IMG/VR virus record: IMGVR_UViG_3300022181_000098
Coordinates: 1 to 60,299 of that record
Length of the DNA stretch: 60,299 nucleotides
From: a virus
Lineage: Duplodnaviria; Caudoviricetes
Direction: 5' to 3' (one strand)
Positions 7,190 through 16,100 of the stretch are shown piece by piece (position 1 is the first letter of the stretch; each line of letters starts with the position of its first letter). Position numbers and translations under genes: made by a program. The notes under the pieces were generated by a model. The model searched no databases. It was not told the origin of the DNA and saw only the letters and a program-made list of their open reading frames with translations.

Positions 7190-10100
7190 TTACTGCAATT
7201 GCTGAAACCTCCTGCGCTCCGACTTCTTTGGCTTCTCCATGTTCCTGCCCTGATCCTTCAGATTCGAGTACTTCATGAAGGGCACTATCCCCGCAAGGCC
7301 AGCATCACGGATGGACTGATTGTACTCAGCTTGCTTCTTCATCAGCCTGGTCAGGGCGTTCGAATCGCGGTTCGGATCCGAGAAGTACGCTCTCGCCTCT
7401 TCGTATATGCCATTCCTTGTTTCCGTGAACCCTCTGACAACCTCGTCATGTTCCCGTTTGCGTTCCGTCATCACCGCCTGTTCGCTCGGCCGGAAACCCG
7501 CAGCTCTCAGACCTGCCTGCCCCGTGCTCAGTTTCAGGTGTCTGCCTGTCTGGTCGTTGAACAGGGGCCTGCCCTTCTCTGAGGTCACGCCCCGTGTATT
7601 CTCCCGCACGGCCCGGACAGGGTTTGCCAATCCGGTCGGGAGGACTTTTTCAACAGCCCTCGCCGGCTGACCGGTCATGAGATAGTGCAGGCTCTTCTCT
7701 GCGTCGTCGTAGATTCCCCCTACCGCCCCGGTGAGTTCCCACATGCTCTTCGGAACGCCGACGCCGATCGACAACGAGCCCGATATGTCTATCCCTGCCA
7801 GACCGGTGAGGCCGTGCCTCGCAACCAGCTCTGCCCTCTTACCAAGGTGCTGGCGAACGGAGTCGTAAACGTACTTCTCGGCGTCACCTTTCTTGAACCC
7901 GAAGAGCTTCAGGAAGAAGTTGATAATGCCCACCATGAGGTCTTTCAGCGGCCAGGCTGCACCGCCAGCCAGAACGATCGGAGAGGCAAAACCAAACAGG
8001 AAGGCCTTTACGTCGTGTTTCTTGAAACCGAGGTCATACATCATCTGCAGGTAGTTGTGGCTGAACTTTCCGTAGACGTACATGAGCTGCCCAACCTTGG
8101 CGGCCGGATTCCCTCCCTGGGCCCAAGACGGAAGGGTCGACCTTCCGTAGAGGCCATGAGCCTTGTTCGAGGCATCCAGGGCGAGATTGTAGGCTTCTTC
8201 CTCATTCTTGCCTGAGGCCCTGGCCAGTCGGTACCCGGCAAGCATGGTGCTCATCCTGTTCCACTGCTCTGTTTTGCCGAACATCCACATGGAGACAGTC
8301 ATCGCCTTTGACCAGAGGCGGCGGTGGATCTTGTCTATGCTGCCCATGGCGTCCCGGGTGAGCTGCGGATCGTCGTAACCTTCCCGCTGAATTCGATCGA
8401 TGAACGCCTGCTCGTCGGCATCCTTGAGCTTGCGTCCGGCCATGACCGTCGCAATATCGGCACCCGCTTGGCCCACTGCCGTCAGGATCCTTGTCATGCT
8501 GCCCTTTCCGCCCATGACATACTGATGGATGGCCGCCGGCGCCGTCGTCACCATGGCCGTCATATTGACCAGCATCGACCTGGGATTGAACCCGAGATAC
8601 TTGAAGGTCGCTATGCTCTTGGCCACGCCGACAATCCTGTCGGTGTGATCCAGGTTCCGGAGTTGCTCGGCAATATACCGCTCGGCCGTGACGTAGGCCC
8701 TGCTCTCCGCCCTGGGGTCGATACCTCCCTCCAGCTGGCCCTTCTCGTTCCTCTGACCCAAGAGCTGCTCCATGGCACGGTGTGCAACCTGTGCCTTGGA
8801 AAACCCGCCGGCCAGATTGTTCACGTACGTCGCAAACCTCTCGAGGGGATCCTCCATGTAGCCCCTGACGACACCCATCTCCTCCGGGGATCCGCGGTGG
8901 ATCATCGAGGAGCGGAAGCCGCGGGACTTGATCATGTTGGAGACCTGTTCGATTAGCTCATCATTGAACGTCACGGCGGCCTCCCCCTTCAGGCCGGCAG
9001 ATGCGTCCTTGATGGCGCGCGCCACATCCACTGCCTTAAGGTTCTGGTAAACGGACTCCGGAAGTTTTGATATCTCGGTGACCCCGACGTCCGTCCAGCC
9101 TTCCTTTCTGAGCCTGTCGGCCAGGCGCTCCGCCGCGTACTTGTTCCTGTGTTCGCGGTACCGTTCTGTCTTGCCTCCGACCACCTTCTCCGCCTGCACC
9201 GCCCAGCTGGCGCGCTCCCTGAGCCGTGGAGCGTAAAAGCCGCGCCACTCCTGCATGGATGCCAGGGCGAACCGGAGTTCTTTCAGGGTAGTCTTGGTCT
9301 GTGCGCTGAGTTCGCCCTCTTCCATCTGGGCGACGAGGGCTCGGAGCTGTGAAGTCATCATGTCGAGAGCCTTGTCGTAGCTGGCACGGTGGAGCTTCCA
9401 CACCCTGATGGCCTCGTCGGATACCCCTCTCTTCTCCCGGAGATAGGTTTCGTACTTCTTCACCTGGTTCGCCACGACAGCCGCCCGTGCCTCTTCTGAT
9501 ATGTCCGGATCCCTCAGGCGCTCCATGCTGGCGTCGCCGCGCTTCCATTTCGTGTCGCCGTAGTCGATGGCAAAGAGAAGCTCTCGGTAGGCCTGTGGGT
9601 TCTCCTTCCTGAGTCTGTCCGTCTCCTCAATGACTGATTCCCCGTCCACGGTGACCAGATCCACCAGGGTCGTGTGGTAAAGGCGCTCACGGTCCATGGT
9701 GAAGAGGCGGACGATGTTCTTGAAAACAGGGTGCGAGTACCACTCCGGACTCTTCAGAACGTTCTCAAGGAAAGAGTTGTGGGGCATCCTCCCGGGCATC
9801 ACCGTCGCTATTGTTCGAAAGATCGCCGCCGTCTCGCGGTTCAGCCAGCTCCCCGTCTTCTTGTCGCTGTCATCTTTCGGATCCGGGATCTCCTTCGTCG
9901 GTTCCCCGAGGGGCTCAGTGCTCCTGTTGTTGCGATCGATGGCGCCGAAAACACCCTGGAGCTTTCTTGCCAGTTCTGGATTCTTGCTGGAGAGGTTGAT
10001 CAGGAAGGGGTCCGGTTCCGGTGATGCTTCCCTTCGGAAAGAGATATCCTTCCGCCCTTTCTTGACATTCCGCAGTTCCTCTGCTACCTTTTCTCTAAGG

Positions 10101-13100
10101 GAGGCAACCACTTCTGACAGGCTACCGGATGTCAGTTGTGCGTAGTCTCTGGGGTTGTAAGATTCCCCTTTGACACCCTCCTCTTTCTTTTTGAACCCCG
10201 TCAGAAGCCACGTTTCCTTCTTCGTGAATCTCGACTTCGACAGAATGGCAACATAGTCACCGTACTCTATATCGGCCCGGCCGATCTCACCGCCGTATTC
10301 CCGGGTCTTCGTCCCCAGGGCCACCGCCTTGATGACTCCGACGAGGTCCCCGGCGATATCGTCAGAACCTTCGAATGCCCTCTGGGCGACGATGTGAAGA
10401 AGGCCGCCTTCATCCTTCTCTTTTCCTCCGTAATACAAGGTGACGTCACCGAGATCGGGATTCCTGAGGGCTGCCGGCATATCCTTCTTGCCCTCCATGG
10501 CGGACAGCAGAGCATTCAGGCCCCTCTCTTCTTCTTCGATCTTGTGAAGGTCGTTCGATGATTCCTTGCGGAAAGATATACCTCCCCCAATCGACGGGCC
10601 TTCACCGAATTTCGGCTTGACAATGTCGGCTTCTGAGTGTATTTTGTATTTAAGGTTCTTGATGGTCTCCTCCAGGGGCAATTGTAGCCTGGCGGATGTG
10701 GACCATCTAAGAGCCTTTTCTTTGTCCATGTAGACAAGATTGCCTGCCTTGATCTGATCAATAAACCACTCCGGTTTTCCTGTCAGCGCATTATTCTCGC
10801 GGCCGTATATGCTCGTTATCTTGTTAACGTGAGCTCCAATGGTACCTACAGGAAAATTGAGTTTCACCGGAACTATGACCCACCTGCCTTGATTGTCCTG
10901 GGCCTCCGTCATCACGACGAAGCTGTCGGGTTCGGTTGCTGACTTAAGAACCATTATCGGGGCAGTGAGTGCTATCGGGAGCTGTTCGATGAGGTCTCTG
11001 GTAAGGCTGTGTCTGGGGCCGATGGCTTTTGTGAGGGTATCTGCAGTAATAGCCATGGGCAGGTCTTTCATTCCTATACGGTGGAGGCGCAACACCTGGG
11101 GTGTATTCATCATGACAGGAAGGTACTGACCCTTTAGGGTATGGTTGAAATAGTCGGACAGGACACCCTTCCATCTTTTCATTTCCTCGGTGATCCGTTT
11201 GCCTATTCTCAGGGCTGTCTGATCTGGACCGGTGGACATGTCCTTCTTAAAGCTGACCTGCCCATCTCCATCGCTTCTTTTCAACCCCTTCGCGCCTTCC
11301 GAATACTCCCACCCCTTCCGGATCAGATTCTTGATATCCGTATCCGTCCACTTCAGGCGGAAGTTGAGCCGTCTCAGGGCGTCCCGGATGACTCCGATGA
11401 TCCTCTGCATGACCGTGGGCTTTTCCCCGGACTCCGCCATGTGGGCTATGAGTTCACGCCCGGCGACGTACCTGTGGACCCTGTCGGCAAGGTCAAGGTC
11501 GTAGTCTTTCACGATCCTGTTCAGCCGGTCCGTGCCCTCGTACGCATCGACGGCCGCCTGCATGACCTTGACTTGCTCGTCCTCGTTGAGCACAGCCTCG
11601 ACTCCCCTGTGTCCGATGACCTCGTGAATGAGGATGGCATGGGCGTTGCGAATGTCCTTGACGGAGTCGGCGACGATGTAGGTGGTGTCCGTGGTCCGGT
11701 CGTAGGCTCCGTACACGGTATCCTGATCGGAAAGCTCGTAGGCGTCGACCCCGGGGATCTCAGCGACAGACTGGACGACCTTCACCTCGCCGATGTTCTT
11801 GAGCTTCCTGAGGAGGGGTTCGAGAAAGCCCTCGACCTTCTCGACGGTGTGTCTGGGACGAGCGGCGGGTTCAATGACGGAGGAGGAGTCGGACTGACGG
11901 GTGAAAGAGATCCGGTCGTCTTCGGGGTTCCATGTGCCACGGTTGTAGACGGATTTGATCTGGGTAGGGGAGAATGCAATATACGAGTCTCCTGGACCTT
12001 CTGCCGTCGTATTGCTGTAGACTATTCCGTCGTAGCCTTTTCGGCGGATCGCATCTTCCCAATCCTGCAAAGTTCCGCCACTCAGTCGCTCCAGTTCCGC
12101 TCTGTCGAAGATATCGGGCGGATTGACTACGCCCATTATGTCAGGGCGGATGAAACCGGTATCATGCATCCTGAGGGGATTTCTTATGTTGAGATAGACG
12201 GGGATTGTATTACCGCCCGGTCCCCACTCATCTGCTATAACGTTTGCCTGCTGCCTGGTTCCAAAATGGGACCACGGCCTGAATGACTCAAAGGCACTCG
12301 ATGTTCCATGATACACCACCAACGGTTCCCCGTTTTCATCCACGACCCTGGAGGGTACATATTTAAGATCTTCCTTCTTGAAAGCGGTCAGGAGGTGCGC
12401 TATACTTACCTTAGAGCTTGCTGCAGGCCGACTACCCAACGTCTCATTTTGAGAAGCGGTACCGGAGATACCGGCAAGCTCTTCGACTTTCAAGGCCTCG
12501 TGATCGTAAAACTTCTTCCCCATATCAACATATTCCTTGACCGTCAGTTTTACGGCGAACATTTGCCCGTCGATACGTAGAGGCGCGACAAAGGTATGCA
12601 CATACGGAATGTCGGGATTGGGAGGCCTGTGCTCATTCGTGGCGATCTTGTCCGCCCTCCTGATGAGGTCCACCATCGCGGGCACAGAATAGACCTGTTC
12701 CTTGCCTTTGTGTTGAAAACCGTGTTTTACCTGCTTAGGTTTCAACTGAATATCAAACCCGGTCCTCTCATTCAGGATGATATCCGTGTCGAGGCCATCG
12801 ATGAGCCTTTTCAGGTATTCCGTAGCGTTTTTACGTGCTTCCTTGGGATTGGTCCCCGATATCTCGTTGCCTGCGAGTTCCGTCACTTCGATGTCGGGAT
12901 GGGCGACGACCTCCCAGTCCCCAAACCACCGCTTGAATTCCGGGGTCCTGGTTTGTGCCTCTCGTGCTCTTTCCTTTTTGAATAACAGTACACCTCTGTC
13001 CGTCTCCTTTGATTCGATAGTGCTGAACAGGTTGTCGAAGGCCTCTGCCACAGGAACTATTTCTTCAGGCAACAGATATGGGTATCTTTCCTCACTGCGC

Positions 13101-16100
13101 GGGAAATTCTCTACATCTCGCACGTTAGCCAAATAGTCGTTATGGTATCCACCCTGCATCATCTTATTGATGACGTAGTTCTCAAAAGCACGGGCGGCCC
13201 GTTCAAGAATACGGCTCCAGTAACCTGATTGTGCCTTATCAATAAGGCGTGAGCGTTCTGCCATGGGCGACGCATCCAGCGTTGCGACCAGTTCTGCAAA
13301 CACCTTTTCCACTTCAGGGCGGACGCCTTGAGGGTGTTTAGGGTCTTTTTGCCAGTTGTCGGGATTGAGATATTCGGACGTAGGGTGATCCCTGTGAAGC
13401 TGTTCAAGACGGGCTTTTGCGGTCGGTGTGCTTCTCTCGGTCTTATGAACATAGAGGGGTTCAGGATGGTATGTAATAAAGTTCTTTGCCCGGTACGCCT
13501 CATCGGCACCGAATCCCCGTTTGACCTTCACTTCGCCGCTACGCATACGGGAAAAGTAATTGTCGAGGGCATGAAACCATTCGTGCGCGAGACTCCCGGC
13601 GCCCCGGGGCTTTGTCAGATTGATGACAAGCCTGTCGGGCTCAAAGTGTGCCGAGGCCCATCCGCTGCCCCGTGAACCGAAAGCAAGACCGAGAGACCCG
13701 TTAAGGGATATGGCTTTCGGCTGGATACCGATAATCTCAGCAAGGTCCATCAGCGCATCATAAGCCTGATTTAGCATACCTTGCCGCTCTTTGCTCCCAG
13801 TCCCCTGGCCGACCCAGTTCCCAAACTCTACACCGCGGAAGCCAAAGGTGTCGCCGAATTGTTCGGGTGTAACGTCCTTTCCGCCACGCCGATCGACCGC
13901 TGTCCGAGGGCGGTTTGTCTCTGCCCGCACATCGGTCTCTTTTACGTTGTCCTTCTCCTTAACCGCTTCCCAGGCGGCCACGAGGTCATTGTAGTTCTCC
14001 TTCATATATGCCCTGGCATCTTTGATGTCAGAGAAGGTCTTGAGTTTCCGGTATTCCCTGTCCCCCTTCTTGTTGATGAAATACTCACCGCTCCTGGGAA
14101 TTGTCCGGATCTCAAACCGCATCTTCTTTTCGGACGCGGGACCGGCCAGCAGGTCTTCTACCCCGGGCAGTGCATCGGCTATCTTCCTTGCACCTCTGAA
14201 CTCATGCCATCTCCCGTCAATTTCAACACGGGTGAAGGGACTTTCGACCTTCTTGCCTTCTTTGTCGTAGTAATATGCCTTTGGAAACGCCTCCACGTGC
14301 CCGATACGCTGCCACTGGTCACGATCGATGGATGCGAGCAGCTCAACCTTGTCTCCGAAGGAATTCAATATAGGGCGTCCCCGTAATCTCCGCATGAGTT
14401 CTTTGGGGTCAATCTCAACGTCCAAAATCTCCTTTGCCAGAGTCCGCATGGATTTAACCTTCTCCACCCATGCCTTCACTTTGTAGCCCACGCGTGGTTT
14501 CGCGGGTATTACACTCCGGGCCGCATATGCCCATGCAGCGGGGAATTTATCGTCTATGGCATTTATCTCATCGGCAGGCCATATCTTGTTGAGGGGTTGT
14601 GTGGCTATATCGTCATCGGTAAGGTCCCTTGACAGCGACGGGGCCTGATCCTTCCTTGCCCCCCCTATCTTCTCGCCGAAGTCTTCGATCCTGCCGGGTT
14701 CGGTAGAGGTTTTTTCTTTCTTCCCCTCCTCCTCATGTTCCCTCTTCGCCTTCTCCCCTGATAACCTCTCTTTCAGCTCGTCGACGTCCTGCTTCTCCAC
14801 GTCGAACATACGCTCGCCCTTCTTCTCGGCAACCTTCATCGTCTTCTGTTCATGGGGTTGGTTGCCGGACAGGGAAAACATGCCGGAGGTGTCGAACAAT
14901 TCCCCGCCAGTTTCTTCTCCCTGGGGGGCCTGTGCTCGTTTCTCGTCTTCGGCAGGGGTAAGGGCCGTCCCTTCTTCCGAGGGTTCAGCAGGACGCAATT
15001 CGTAGGGTGTTTCGGTGGGTTCTTCTACTTCTGAGACGAAGACGTCGTCGTCGCGGGTTTCATCTCCACGAGCTCGTGCCTCTTCAGCATCCCGATCAGT
15101 TTCTTCAGGCCGAGTATCTTCTCGTGTCGCGTCTTGATACGATCTAACAACATCTTCGATTTGGGACTCATCTGCACCATGGCGCTCTAAATCCTCCCTC
15201 AGTTCAAGTATATCATCCTTTTGCTCGGTAATAGCAACATTAAGTTCGCTCTGCATCTGATTGACCGTGGTCTTCTGCCCCCTGGCCGCCGCCTGGAGGA
15301 GTGACAGCACGTAGTTGTCGCTCGGTATGGTGTCGGGACCGGGCAGGATATCTCCCTTGCTCACAAGCTCCGTCGCGATATCGTCGAGGCTCCGACCGTT
15401 CTTCCGGAAGATGAAGGAAAGGCCGTGCTGCTGGAAATCCTCCTTCACGTTGAAGCCAGCCGCCTTGACCTTCGCAGCCGACAATCCCCCCATGTCGATG
15501 ACGACCCTGATGAGGGATTTCGCTGGTTTCGTCTTGATGGGTTCCGAGGCTTTCCTATCAACGGCCGCTTCCTCCTGTGGCTGCTGCCCCATCGGGAAGA
15601 AGCCCGGCTCGATGCCTTCCTGCGGTTTGACGAGGCGAGCCCCCCACAGACGCTCATGCGTCGGGAAGATAGGGTACAGGCCACCGCCCCGTTCGTTCGT
15701 GAAGTCCTCGACGAGAGGGATGACGTCTCCCTGGGGGGTGACATATGCCCTGTTCACCCTGAACCGCGCCGTATGGGGGCCCCGGACCGGGTGTGCCTTG
15801 ATATCGAATTCGTAGAAGTCGCCTGGCTCGGGGATCCCTGACGACTCCACCTGTTCCTCGGGAACCGTTCTTTTCAGTCTGGCTTTCTTCAGCCATGCCT
15901 TGAAACCGTCCATCGACATGGGCACCATATTCCCGAGGCCTTTCCATCCCGGCTCGTAGTTGGCAAGGTAGCCGGCTCGTGCTTCCTCGATGTTGTCATA
16001 TCCGACCATGGCCTTGTGCTCGTCGAACCTCCCGGTCTTCGGGTCCACCTGGTCGACCACGAACACTCGCTGACTCGTCGGGTTGTCGCCGATGAAGACG

